From the IMG/VR virus record IMGVR_UViG_3300026521_000088, positions 32,551 to 96,550 of that record: a DNA stretch of 64,000 bases; one strand, 5' to 3'. The DNA comes from a virus (Duplodnaviria > Heunggongvirae > Uroviricota > Caudoviricetes). The translations under genes and the position numbers were made by a program. Position 1 is the stretch's first letter. Each line of letters starts with the position of its first letter. Below are positions 47,411-57,296 of the stretch, in pieces. The notes beneath the pieces are model-generated. The model did not search any database and was not told where the DNA came from. It saw only the letters and a program-made list of their open reading frames with translations.

Positions 47411-47935
47411 ATGAAAAAATATGATGTATGTTTAAAATTTGTAGATACTATAGATTCTGAATGTAAATCTGGTAATGTTGAGCTAGTAGATAATGGTATA
47501 TATCATTATGGTACATTAATAGCTTTAAAATATAAATTACCTTCAGGTAAATTTATAATTGTACTAGATAAAGATATGATAGGTAGGTCTGTATCAACTA
47601 CAGCATTATGTACAGATATTATACGAGCTACTAATACTGACCCAAATTTAAAGCTTATAAAATTAAACTTTACTTATGACTCTAAAAAATCTAAAGATAT
47701 TATTAACGATATATATAATGAGTATATAGAAATTATACATAAAATATCTAGAATGAGAAATTTAGATAAAAAACAAGTACATATTAATGAATTTAAACAA
47801 TTTATTAAACAAGATATACACTATATATTTCTATTACATAATGAATTATTTAAACAAAGAAAGGTGCAGAAAAGAGTTATAACTAAACTAGTAAGTAAAT
47901 TAACTTTAGAAGCTATGAAATATAAAATAATATAA
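47411..47935 (+). CDS. hypothetical protein
   Basis: 174-aa ORF. Confidence 0.5.
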   Translation: MKKYDVCLKFVDTIDSECKSGNVELVDNGIYHYGTLIALKYKLPSGKFIIVLDKDMIGRSVSTTALCTDIIRATNTDPNLKLIKLNFTYDSKKSKDIINDIYNEYIEIIHKISRMRNLDKKQVHINEFKQFIKQDIHYIFLLHNELFKQRKVQKRVITKLVSKLTLEAMKYKII

Positions 47936-47943
47936 GGATAAAT

Positions 47944-48573
47944 ATGACTGAAAATATGTTAAAAGTTGTTGTACCTATATCAGAGTATGATGTAGGACTT
48001 TTTAAAAAACTTAAGGATAAGTTAGTATGGACTTTACCAACTAATACAGATGAAGAGATTGAATTACATTTTATATCTGATAAACAATATATAAGTGAGA
48101 CTAAAAATACAATTAAAAAATTAGATCCTATAAAAGAAATGATGTTGTATCAATCAGAAAGAGGTTTAGATAAACTAGAATATAACCCTTTAAATGAAGC
48201 TTCTATGGTATTTGAAGAGATTTTAGAATCTTTAGGTTATAACCTTGATAAATCTAAAAGAAATGTATTAAAAGATAGATTAGAAGAGTTTGTAGAAGAA
48301 TTATATTTTGATTGTATTACTACAAAATTGGATAAATCTGAATATACAGGACATAATGTAGTAGATCCTCATTTAGATCAAATTGAACTTAATGTAGGTG
48401 CTATTATGAAATTAGGTTATGATGTAAATAAATCTATATTAGAAATGACTAAAGAAATTAGAAGCAGAAAAGGGGAGATTATTAACGGTAAGTTTGAAAA
48501 ATTTACTAAAGATGATCCTAGATATGCAGAACCTTATAAAGCAGATTATAGTAAAACAAAATTAAAAGAGTAA
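47944..48573 (+). CDS. hypothetical protein
   Basis: 209-aa ORF. Confidence 0.5.
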   Translation: MTENMLKVVVPISEYDVGLFKKLKDKLVWTLPTNTDEEIELHFISDKQYISETKNTIKKLDPIKEMMLYQSERGLDKLEYNPLNEASMVFEEILESLGYNLDKSKRNVLKDRLEEFVEELYFDCITTKLDKSEYTGHNVVDPHLDQIELNVGAIMKLGYDVNKSILEMTKEIRSRKGEIINGKFEKFTKDDPRYAEPYKADYSKTKLKE

Positions 48574-48576
48574 AGT

Positions 48577-48948
48577 ATGGGTAGATATTATAATGGAGAT
48601 ATAAATGGTAAATTTTGGTTTGCTGTTCAAAATAGCGATGCAGCAGATCAATTTGGTGTAGTTGGAAGACAACCAGATGAACTTATATATTATTTTGATG
48701 AAAGTAATATACAAGATATAACAAATAGATTAACTTATTTAAAAGATGCTTTAGGTGATTATAAAACAAAACTAGATAGATTTTTTGATAAAGTACCAGC
48801 TTATAATGAAAAGACTGTAGAAGAACATGGTATGGATTATGAAGAATTTGAAGAAAAAGTAAGATATTATGCTGATTTACAACTAGGTGAAAAGATACTA
48901 AAATGCATTGAAGACAAAGGTGAGTGTGAATTTATAGCAGAATGTTAA
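48577..48948 (+). CDS. hypothetical protein
   Basis: 123-aa ORF followed by a terminator hairpin. Confidence 0.5.
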   Translation: MGRYYNGDINGKFWFAVQNSDAADQFGVVGRQPDELIYYFDESNIQDITNRLTYLKDALGDYKTKLDRFFDKVPAYNEKTVEEHGMDYEEFEEKVRYYADLQLGEKILKCIEDKGECEFIAEC

Positions 48949-48955
48949 TATAATA

Positions 48956-48988
48956 TATAACTAGTATATACATACTAGTTATATTTTT
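48956..48988 (+). terminator. rho-independent terminator (12-bp perfect stem tataactagtat / atactagttata, then T5)
   Basis: Seen directly in sequence. Confidence 0.6.
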
Positions 48989-49042
48989 ATATTAATTATA
49001 AATAATTATAAATATACTTAATATAAAAATATAAGGAGTATT

Positions 49043-49471
49043 ATGAGTGAAGAAACACTACAAGCTACTATTATAGCTATAGGTAAAGAATTTTACCCAG
49101 AGTTAATATTTGTAGGTAGTACTAATGGTATTAATTTAAGTAAATTAACACCTAAAGATAAGGCAATACTATTAAAAACATTATATGAACAAGGTTTTGT
49201 TAAAGGACATGAAGATTTAACAATCTACTTACCTAATAATGAAGTAATACATATTGAATTAAAAGTAGGTAAAAATAAGCAATCTAAAGACCAAATAGCC
49301 TACCAACAAAAGTTAGAGAACTTAGGACATACATATTACTGTTTAAATGACATTAATGATGTATTTAAGACACTTAATAAGCATTTAGGTACAAAGTATT
49401 GTACAAAACTTTTTAACTCTTATAATGGAAATATGAGTAAAGAATTAGTAAAACATCAATACAGTTTATAA
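49043..49471 (+). CDS. VRR-NUC-like PD-(D/E)xK nuclease domain protein
   Basis: ...DLTIYLPNNEVIHIELKVGKNKQSKDQIAYQQKLENLGHTYYCLNDINDVFKTL fits the VRR-NUC pattern (D...hhhhELK...Q..w...L...G). Confidence 0.5.
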   Translation: MSEETLQATIIAIGKEFYPELIFVGSTNGINLSKLTPKDKAILLKTLYEQGFVKGHEDLTIYLPNNEVIHIELKVGKNKQSKDQIAYQQKLENLGHTYYCLNDINDVFKTLNKHLGTKYCTKLFNSYNGNMSKELVKHQYSL

Positions 49472-49490
49472 AATCAATAAAGGAAATAAC

Positions 49491-49757
49491 ATGATACCAA
49501 TTAAAAATAGAAGAGAATACCCAAAAGCAGTAAAAGAAGCACTATTAAATAGATATAAAGAATTATCAAAAAATAAAAATATAAAAAATCATGGGTTACA
49601 AAAACAATTAGCAAATGAATTTAATGTATCTCATGCTACAGTATGTAGATGGGTAAATAACAGTAAATATAACAGTACAACAGCATTGGTATACATAGAA
49701 GGTAATTATATTATATATAAAGGTGCTAGATATGAACCTGTATGTAGAGTTAAATAA
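49491..49757 (+). CDS. small helix-turn-helix DNA-binding protein
   Basis: ANEFNVSHATVCRWVNN is a classic HTH recognition-helix signature. Confidence 0.5.
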   Translation: MIPIKNRREYPKAVKEALLNRYKELSKNKNIKNHGLQKQLANEFNVSHATVCRWVNNSKYNSTTALVYIEGNYIIYKGARYEPVCRVK

Positions 49758-49823
49758 CTGCAGTAAATACAAGATATTTAAATAATAATATATAGTATAA
49801 GTAGTACATAATAAGGAGTAAAT

Positions 49824-50864
49824 ATGCATATAGTGATACCAAAAAAGCTGAATGTTGGATTTGTAAACAGGAAAGATACCTATTCAGGTAAACTAGCTTA
49901 TATTACATATTGGGATAATAAAGGTAAATTAAGAAAAGAAGTATCTTGGCAAAAGTGGAGAGATAAAAAAATTCCAAATATGAAATTAGCTAATAAACCT
50001 ATTGAGGGATTTGTGTTAAATAAACGAGTTGGAGGGTATAAAACTGGTTGGAATACAAGAGCTACTTATATTAGAGTATATGATCCTAGGGGGTTTGATA
50101 TTAACATAAGTGTAGATAATTTACTATATATACTAGAAAGTGTTACTTGTTCAAAAAATAAAGGACTTGAAAGTAAATTTGTATATGGTTGGTCTGGTAC
50201 AGAACTAGTATTAGTACCTGTAGTTTCACCAGATTATATTGAACATAAAAAATTTTCTGATAAGTTATTCAACAACAAATTTATTAAAACAAAAGAATTA
50301 AAAATAGGTTCATTATACGAACATATAAATAAAAATACATATTTATATTTAGGTAGAAGTAATGCTTACGAGGATAATAAGTCCTTAGTACCAGATAAAC
50401 AAAAAGGTAAAACAAAATATTTTTGGTTTAAAGATATAAATTCTACTTATAAAAATGGGATTGTATGTATGTCTACAGTAAATAAGAAATTTACAGGTTG
50501 TATTGGAGAAGATTTATCTGCAGTATCAAATGCGACAGAACTTATGATGAATGATATACGGTATAAAAAACCTGGTAAAGTTGTACATGAATATATCACA
50601 AAAACAGATATTGTTGAAATTTTTAATACAAAAAAATGTTGTAAAAACAAAGAATTATTTGCATATTTCGATACTGAAGTAGGTGTTAAAACATTAATAC
50701 TAGAAGTAGAGACAAGTGAATATATAGTTGATCATCTTAACTCTAACCCTATTCGGTATGAACATTTAACTTTAGATAGTTTTATAGATAAATACAAGCC
50801 TAGAATTACTAAATACTATAACGAAGATAATACCATTAGATATATTAAAGGTGAATATAATTAA
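49824..50864 (+). CDS. hypothetical protein
   Basis: 346-aa ORF. Confidence 0.5.
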   Translation: MHIVIPKKLNVGFVNRKDTYSGKLAYITYWDNKGKLRKEVSWQKWRDKKIPNMKLANKPIEGFVLNKRVGGYKTGWNTRATYIRVYDPRGFDINISVDNLLYILESVTCSKNKGLESKFVYGWSGTELVLVPVVSPDYIEHKKFSDKLFNNKFIKTKELKIGSLYEHINKNTYLYLGRSNAYEDNKSLVPDKQKGKTKYFWFKDINSTYKNGIVCMSTVNKKFTGCIGEDLSAVSNATELMMNDIRYKKPGKVVHEYITKTDIVEIFNTKKCCKNKELFAYFDTEVGVKTLILEVETSEYIVDHLNSNPIRYEHLTLDSFIDKYKPRITKYYNEDNTIRYIKGEYN

Positions 50865-50914
50865 AAGCAATATAAATAACTTACTAAATAAAAAATATTA
50901 CTAAGGATTAGATA

Positions 50915-51166
50915 ATGTATATACAAGACCCAAAAACGAAAGAACCACCAAAATTAAATGAAAAATATGTACAAAAGGCTGAAAAAGCTTTGGAATCAGT
51001 ACATTACCCTATTATTATAAATATTGGAAGACACCTTATGAACTCCTATACACAAGACTATATTGAAAATGAAATTAGGAAAACAGGTTATTATCAAGTA
51101 ACTAGAAGACTTAGTAATTGTGGTAAATATGAAGTACTTGAGGTTATGTATAACTATGAAACCTAG
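50915..51166 (+). CDS. hypothetical small protein
   Basis: 83 aa; overlaps the helicase gene start. Confidence 0.4.
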   Translation: MYIQDPKTKEPPKLNEKYVQKAEKALESVHYPIIINIGRHLMNSYTQDYIENEIRKTGYYQVTRRLSNCGKYEVLEVMYNYET

Positions 51167-52970
51167 ACCAGTACAACTACGATATGTAGACAATATTAAA
51201 GTTGATACGAGTAATCTACTTATTGCTCCTATGGGGTTAGGTAAGTCATTTATACTTAAACTTATAGTTGATAAATATTTTAATAATAAGAAAATACTAG
51301 TATTAACTAATAGAAGACAATTAACATTACAGTTATCATCATACTTTAAAGATCATACCTTTATCCTATCTGGTAAAGATTATGATGAAAATTCACATAT
51401 TCATCTAGCAACATTTCAAACATTAAATAGAAGAGATATAGATTTAAGTACTTATGATTTAGTATGTGTTGATGAGATACATGAAGTTTTTAATGTAAAA
51501 TTAATGAAAACTATCAAAGGCTTAAACTGTACTAAAGTGTATTTAACAGGAACTCCTATTAACTCTAAAGGTAAGTTTTTAGGTAAATTTGATAATGTTA
51601 TGGAATATATAAATATTGAAAAAATGATAGAATTAGGTTATTTAGCTAAAACTAGATTTATTTCAAAAGCTAATATTTTAGCTGATGAAGCAGATATTGG
51701 TATTCAAAACGGAGATTATAAATCAGAAGGTATTGAAAGAGTTATAGATAAACAAGCTATTATTCAATGGGTTGTAAATGATAATTTAGAGTACAAATGG
51801 GGTACTGAACATAAAGCTATTATGTATGTTAATTCTATTGCTACAGCTATTAAAGTTATGGAAGCAATGAATGAAGATACTATTAGAGTAGTACATTCTA
51901 AGTTATCTAGTAAAGAATTAGAGAGTACTTTAAAATGGTTTCATGAAACTGATGTAGGTATTCTTATTAATGTAAGAATGTTAACTACAGGAACTGATAT
52001 ACCTACTGTTGATACTATTATTAACTTATCTCCTACAAAGATTATATCCTTATACTTACAATCTATTTGGAGAGGTTCTAGAGTAAATGGTGATAAAGAA
52101 ACTATAGTATATGATTATACTGGTAATTTATTGAAAATTTCACCATATTATACAGATTGGTATAAGAAAAGTAAACCAAGCTGTAGAGATAAATGTAAGG
52201 AATTTCCAGAAAATAGTATTGCTAGACATATGTGTTTAGAAACTTGTAAGATACCAGAACATCAATTTATTATATGTAATGGTAAACCTTCTTATACTTT
52301 TGAACAAGATCCATATAAATCTGAATATATTGTAAAAGGTACACCTTGTAATAAAGGGTACCCTTTTCATGCTATGGAGTACAAAACAACAGTTCCACCT
52401 AATAGTATAGGTAAACTATGGGTATGGTCAAAATGTCCTTGTGGTTGTATTACTAGATATACCTTAGAGACTATGACACAACCTAGTAAAACTATTGAAT
52501 TATATAGTAATGTAGTAGATTCTAATAATATTATATTTATATATAACAAAAAAGAAAGAAAAGGATTAGTTATAGCTGAAAGTATTAGAAAGAAAAACTA
52601 TAGCTATAAGACAGTTTATAGTCAAGAAGAGTTATATGAGTATGCTTTAAAGTTATTTAAAGGTAAAAAATTTACAATAGGTAGTAATATACCATTACCT
52701 AAATTAAAGAATATAACTGTTATACCTAAACTAGAAGAATATGTAGATTTAATAGATTGGACAAAAGACAACCCTAAAGTAATGAGAAAGATTATTACAT
52801 ATAAATTAAACAATATGGTTAAGGAATATGGTATGAAAAAAGGTTATGTTTATTGGTTTAAAAAATTAGTAAAAGAGAGTAACGAACGATATGTTATGAA
52901 AGGTTTAGAGAATGTATATGATAGATATTCTCTAATGGCTTTAAAAAGAAAATTAGAACAAATGCAATAA
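51120..52970 (+). CDS. superfamily 2 (DEAD/DExH-like) helicase with C-terminal Cys-rich region
   Basis: Motif I LIAPMGLGKSF, motif II VCVDEIHE, motif III LTGTP, motif VI QSIWRGSR; Cys cluster CRDKCKEF...CLETCKIPEH. Confidence 0.7.
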   Translation: MVNMKYLRLCITMKPRPVQLRYVDNIKVDTSNLLIAPMGLGKSFILKLIVDKYFNNKKILVLTNRRQLTLQLSSYFKDHTFILSGKDYDENSHIHLATFQTLNRRDIDLSTYDLVCVDEIHEVFNVKLMKTIKGLNCTKVYLTGTPINSKGKFLGKFDNVMEYINIEKMIELGYLAKTRFISKANILADEADIGIQNGDYKSEGIERVIDKQAIIQWVVNDNLEYKWGTEHKAIMYVNSIATAIKVMEAMNEDTIRVVHSKLSSKELESTLKWFHETDVGILINVRMLTTGTDIPTVDTIINLSPTKIISLYLQSIWRGSRVNGDKETIVYDYTGNLLKISPYYTDWYKKSKPSCRDKCKEFPENSIARHMCLETCKIPEHQFIICNGKPSYTFEQDPYKSEYIVKGTPCNKGYPFHAMEYKTTVPPNSIGKLWVWSKCPCGCITRYTLETMTQPSKTIELYSNVVDSNNIIFIYNKKERKGLVIAESIRKKNYSYKTVYSQEELYEYALKLFKGKKFTIGSNIPLPKLKNITVIPKLEEYVDLIDWTKDNPKVMRKIITYKLNNMVKEYGMKKGYVYWFKKLVKESNERYVMKGLENVYDRYSLMALKRKLEQMQ

Positions 52971-52981
52971 AAAGGGTTTTT

Positions 52982-53698
52982 ATGACTATAAATAATTATG
53001 ATATGAGTTCTACAGGCTTAAATATTGAGTTAGATGTATTTTATGATGAAGATAAGGCTAGAGATAATTACACTAATTACTTAGTACATTTAAAAGATGA
53101 TGTATATGAGTATCTACCATATAATGATAGAAGTAAATGGAAGTCAAATAGTTGTGAATCTTATATAAAAATAGATACCCAAAAAAATAGACTTGGTACT
53201 CTTTTAAGATTACTTGTGGAAAAATTTGATTATACCGATTTTAAAAGTTATACTAAAGATAAAGCTATAGAAGAAATTTTTGATAACTTTCAATTTCCAG
53301 ATGATATGTTATATTTAGAATATTTATTAGACTTATATGATATACAATATAAAAAACTATATATAAGTAAAAGAATAGTTGGATATAGCCAAGGTGAATG
53401 TAATATAGTTATCTATAGACCTAAAATATTTAGACAACAAACAGTACTAAAAGAAGATGAATTAAAAGATGAGGATTTAGTTAATTCTGATTGGTTATGT
53501 AATCTTTTATATGATGCACCATTATATTTAACTATAGTTATAAATGGTGTTGAATATGAGTCAAATATATATCATAATAGATATATAGATTTTAACAAAA
53601 ATACTTTTATACAAGAGTGTCTATATCATTTTAAAGAAGTGGATAAAGATATACTACAACAAGAGTTAGAACGAATTGTACCAGATACAATTTATTAA
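52982..53698 (+). CDS. hypothetical protein
   Basis: 238-aa ORF. Confidence 0.5.
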   Translation: MTINNYDMSSTGLNIELDVFYDEDKARDNYTNYLVHLKDDVYEYLPYNDRSKWKSNSCESYIKIDTQKNRLGTLLRLLVEKFDYTDFKSYTKDKAIEEIFDNFQFPDDMLYLEYLLDLYDIQYKKLYISKRIVGYSQGECNIVIYRPKIFRQQTVLKEDELKDEDLVNSDWLCNLLYDAPLYLTIVINGVEYESNIYHNRYIDFNKNTFIQECLYHFKEVDKDILQQELERIVPDTIY

Positions 53699-53708
53699 AG
53701 GATAAATA

Positions 53709-54233
53709 ATGAAATATGAAGAATTAGTAGAAGAGTGTAAAAAAGATATTATAAAAGAGTTAGAAGAATTATTAAAATTACCAAAAGATTATAAAATTAA
53801 ATATAATATGTTAATAAAATCAGAGGTAAGATATACAGATTGTATTACAGATATACATAGTATTAATAAAGCTCTAGAACAACTTAAAGAAATAGAATTT
53901 GATAAAGATAAATACTTAAAAGTAACTACAGAAATAGATACTGATATTGATGCTTATGCAGTAGATAACGAAATTATTATTGAACAAACTGATGTATTTA
54001 TTAAATCTACTGCTATTAAACCTATTAGTAAAAATAAACTAGAAGAGTTACTAGCAGGTACATACTCATTTAATCAATTATTTAAAGAGTATTTAACAGC
54101 TAGAATTATGGAAGAAAAAGGTGTTAGATTACATACTTATGAAATTGACTGTAAATTACTAGAACTATATAAAAATGGTACTCTTGATTATAATCAATTA
54201 ATAGAGAGTTTAGTATCTGTATGTAAGGTATAA
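53709..54233 (+). CDS. hypothetical protein
   Basis: 174-aa ORF. Confidence 0.5.
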   Translation: MKYEELVEECKKDIIKELEELLKLPKDYKIKYNMLIKSEVRYTDCITDIHSINKALEQLKEIEFDKDKYLKVTTEIDTDIDAYAVDNEIIIEQTDVFIKSTAIKPISKNKLEELLAGTYSFNQLFKEYLTARIMEEKGVRLHTYEIDCKLLELYKNGTLDYNQLIESLVSVCKV

Positions 54234-54236
54234 ATA

Positions 54237-55739
54237 ATGAGGTATACTACTGAACAACAAAATGTAATTGAAGCTAGTTTAGTAGAACCTTTAGTATTAG
54301 TAGATAGTGTAGCTGGTTCAGGTAAGTCAAGTGTTTTAGAAGGTGTTGCTGAAGCTCATAATAATGAAAAATGTACCTATATTGTATTTAACAAAGAACA
54401 AGAGATTGAAGCTAAACGGAGATTTAATAAGAAAGTTAGAGTACACACTACTCATGCTTTAGCTTATAATTATGTTATAAGGCAAGGTTTAGAGTTAGAT
54501 AGTAATAACAAACTTATTGAATCTACTGATATGTTTGGAATATCTACAACAAAACCTAGAAAATTAGGTTCATTTAATGTGAACACTATAGTAGAAAATA
54601 TTAAAGCTAGAGAAAAAGAGAAGGTAGTATATTGGTTTGAAGTATTTTGTAAAAGTCAGTATTTAACTGTAGATGAGTTTTGTAAAGTAGAAGAAAAAGC
54701 TAATAAAAGAAAAGATTTATTAAATAAATATTTTAACTTAATGGTTAAAAAACAAATAGATGTTACTTTTGAGTTTAATCTAAAATATTTACAAATACTA
54801 AGTGTAGCTGGTGTTATTGATTTTGGTATTAATGTGCTATTAGTAGATGAATTACAAGATTTTTCAATTCCTATGTTAGAAGTATTAAAACATATTAATG
54901 TTAAACATATTGTAGGTGTAGGTGATAAAAATCAACAATTATACTCATTTGCTGGTGCAGTTAATGGATTCAGCTATTTAGCTGACCAAAATCCTAAGTA
55001 TATGAAATTAACACAATCATTTAGAGTTCCTACAAAAGTAGCTAAGAAAATTGAGATTTTTGGTAGATTATATTTAGACCCTAACTTTGAGTTTAAAGGT
55101 ACTGATAATCAACCTAATATACTAACTGAAGCATATATTACTAGTACTAATTCAGCATTAATTGAACAGATTGAATTATTTCATTTACAAAGAAAACCTT
55201 ATAGACTTACTAGAAGTGTTGCATCTATATTTGAAGCAGTTAAAGTTATTATGTACCTTAATAAGAAAGGTGTATATAACAAAAAATATAGTTTTTTAAA
55301 TAGAGGTATTGATGAATATTTTTCAGGTAAAACTAAAGCTAAAAGTCTTATAGGTTATATTAAAACAGAATATTCATACCATATAGAGATTCAAGCAGCA
55401 ATTAGTATTGTACTAAAAATGGGTAATATCAGACTTAAGAAACTTATGGAAGAAGCTAAATTAAATGAGAAGAAAATAGCTTATAAAACTGCTCGTACTA
55501 CATTAGCAACATCACATACATTAAAAGGTAAAACTTTTAGTAAAGTTTTCTTAGATTCTGGTTTATTACCTAAAGATGAGATATTAGATACTTCTATAAA
55601 TTTTAGAACTATTGAAGAACAAGAAGCATTAAATAATTTATATGTTGCAGCTACTAGATGTAATCAAGAAAGTAAGACTACTCTAATAGATCAAGCTATA
55701 AAATATAAACTGAAGGAGAAACATGCTAAGTCAAATTAA
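54237..55739 (+). CDS. superfamily 1 helicase (UvrD/RecD/Dda-like)
   Basis: Walker A VDSVAGSGKSSVL, Walker B/motif II LLVDELQDFS, C-terminal ...VAATRC motif VI-like. Confidence 0.65.
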   Translation: MRYTTEQQNVIEASLVEPLVLVDSVAGSGKSSVLEGVAEAHNNEKCTYIVFNKEQEIEAKRRFNKKVRVHTTHALAYNYVIRQGLELDSNNKLIESTDMFGISTTKPRKLGSFNVNTIVENIKAREKEKVVYWFEVFCKSQYLTVDEFCKVEEKANKRKDLLNKYFNLMVKKQIDVTFEFNLKYLQILSVAGVIDFGINVLLVDELQDFSIPMLEVLKHINVKHIVGVGDKNQQLYSFAGAVNGFSYLADQNPKYMKLTQSFRVPTKVAKKIEIFGRLYLDPNFEFKGTDNQPNILTEAYITSTNSALIEQIELFHLQRKPYRLTRSVASIFEAVKVIMYLNKKGVYNKKYSFLNRGIDEYFSGKTKAKSLIGYIKTEYSYHIEIQAAISIVLKMGNIRLKKLMEEAKLNEKKIAYKTARTTLATSHTLKGKTFSKVFLDSGLLPKDEILDTSINFRTIEEQEALNNLYVAATRCNQESKTTLIDQAIKYKLKEKHAKSN

Positions 55740-55929
55740 ATTATGGTATTGGTGGAATTTTATAATAAATAAAAATATATACGATATTTATCAATATTGG
55801 GAAACATATCCTAATCTCACAATACAACAACAAATAAACCAAGAACAAATTATACTGTATTTAGCAGATGGTTATAGTGTTTTTGATATACCAGCTTCTA
55901 AAATAAAGGAGGCTGGAATTTTAATATAA
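55723..55929 (+). CDS. small hypothetical protein
   Basis: 68 aa, Trp/Tyr-rich. Confidence 0.35.
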   Translation: MLSQIKLWYWWNFIINKNIYDIYQYWETYPNLTIQQQINQEQIILYLADGYSVFDIPASKIKEAGILI

Positions 55930-55939
55930 GGATAGATAT

Positions 55940-56935
55940 ATGGTAAATTTATTTAACAATATACCTGTATACACTACTCTAAAAGAAACAGAAGATACAA
56001 TATTTATAAATAATAATGAGGTTATACCAGAATGGTTAGCTTTAAGATATATAGATATTTCTTTAAAATCTTATAGTGGTAAAAGAGAGCTTAATAGAAT
56101 TAGTACAACAGAATTTAGTAAAAGTGATAAACAAATATTACTAGAGCAACAAAGAATACAGAATGGTTATAAAATAACTGTAGATGTAGAAGATATTGTA
56201 TCTAGTGTATTAGGTACTATTGTACATGAAGGTATATTACAAACAGAACCAGAAAGACAAGAAAAAAGTATTGGAAAATGGGTTATATCAGGACAAGCAG
56301 ATAGGATTGATAATAATACTATATATGATTTAAAACATACTTCAATATACTCTGGTAAAAATCTTTTAAGAGAATTGGATTTATACCCTAAATACCATGA
56401 GATGTCTTTAGAAGATTTACAAGTTAAATGTCCTAGTATATTCAAGTATCTTAGTCAATTAGCTATTTATAATTGGTTATATAATTTAGATAATGATATA
56501 GGGTATATTACATTTATTTTTAATAATTGGACTTTTAAAGATAAACAAGATATAAAAAATAAAAATATGCAAATAGAGTTTAAATTACCTAGTATAGATA
56601 AGATTGAACAATATTTAATTAATAGATTGAATAGATTAAAATCTTATCAAGATACAGGATATTTGCCTGATTGTGATGATAATACTCTAGGCATCTCTAC
56701 AACTAGAACTTATAAAATAGTTAAATATGGTAAAACTAGAGCAGTAAATGGTAGTGGTGGTTCTTTTAATACTTTAAATGAAGCTTCTATAGCACAATTA
56801 AAATTTCCTAATACAGAGATAAAAGAGACAGTAATTACAACAGAACCTACTTTATGTTTAAATTGGTGTAAATTTAATAAAGAAGGTATATGTGAACAAG
56901 GTCAAAAAATAAAGGAAGCATATGAAACAATATAG
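55940..56935 (+). CDS. PD-(D/E)xK nuclease, Cas4/RecB-family-like exonuclease
   Basis: GQADRIDNNTIYDLKHTS (D ... [DE]-L-K nuclease core) plus C-terminal Cys cluster CLNWCKFNKEGIC reminiscent of Cas4 Fe-S ligands. Confidence 0.5.
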   Translation: MVNLFNNIPVYTTLKETEDTIFINNNEVIPEWLALRYIDISLKSYSGKRELNRISTTEFSKSDKQILLEQQRIQNGYKITVDVEDIVSSVLGTIVHEGILQTEPERQEKSIGKWVISGQADRIDNNTIYDLKHTSIYSGKNLLRELDLYPKYHEMSLEDLQVKCPSIFKYLSQLAIYNWLYNLDNDIGYITFIFNNWTFKDKQDIKNKNMQIEFKLPSIDKIEQYLINRLNRLKSYQDTGYLPDCDDNTLGISTTRTYKIVKYGKTRAVNGSGGSFNTLNEASIAQLKFPNTEIKETVITTEPTLCLNWCKFNKEGICEQGQKIKEAYETI

Positions 56936-57296
56936 AATGTCTGGGAACTTTAAAATGTTTATAAATGTACTGTTTAATATATTGACAGTATATTACTGTA
57001 TAATAAATCCTACAGATACATTATATACATCTATTTATATTGTTATAACTGCTATTATTGTAATAACTATGTGGCTTACATTTTTCTTAGATGATACTTA
57101 TTTAATAAAAACAGCAAAACAGTATAAAGATTATAATAATACACATTTAGCTATATATTATTTACAAATAGCTATTACAGGTATTATTCTTATAATTTAC
57201 GATTACCAATTGTTAGGTGCTTTATATACTTCTATTATAATACCTTTCTCTTTTATACAGACATATAAGGATATGTATTATGAGATTGATTACTAA
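56922..57296 (+). CDS. membrane protein (3-4 TM)
   Basis: Hydrophobic helices throughout the 124-aa ORF. Confidence 0.45.
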   Translation: MKQYRMSGNFKMFINVLFNILTVYYCIINPTDTLYTSIYIVITAIIVITMWLTFFLDDTYLIKTAKQYKDYNNTHLAIYYLQIAITGIILIIYDYQLLGALYTSIIIPFSFIQTYKDMYYEIDY

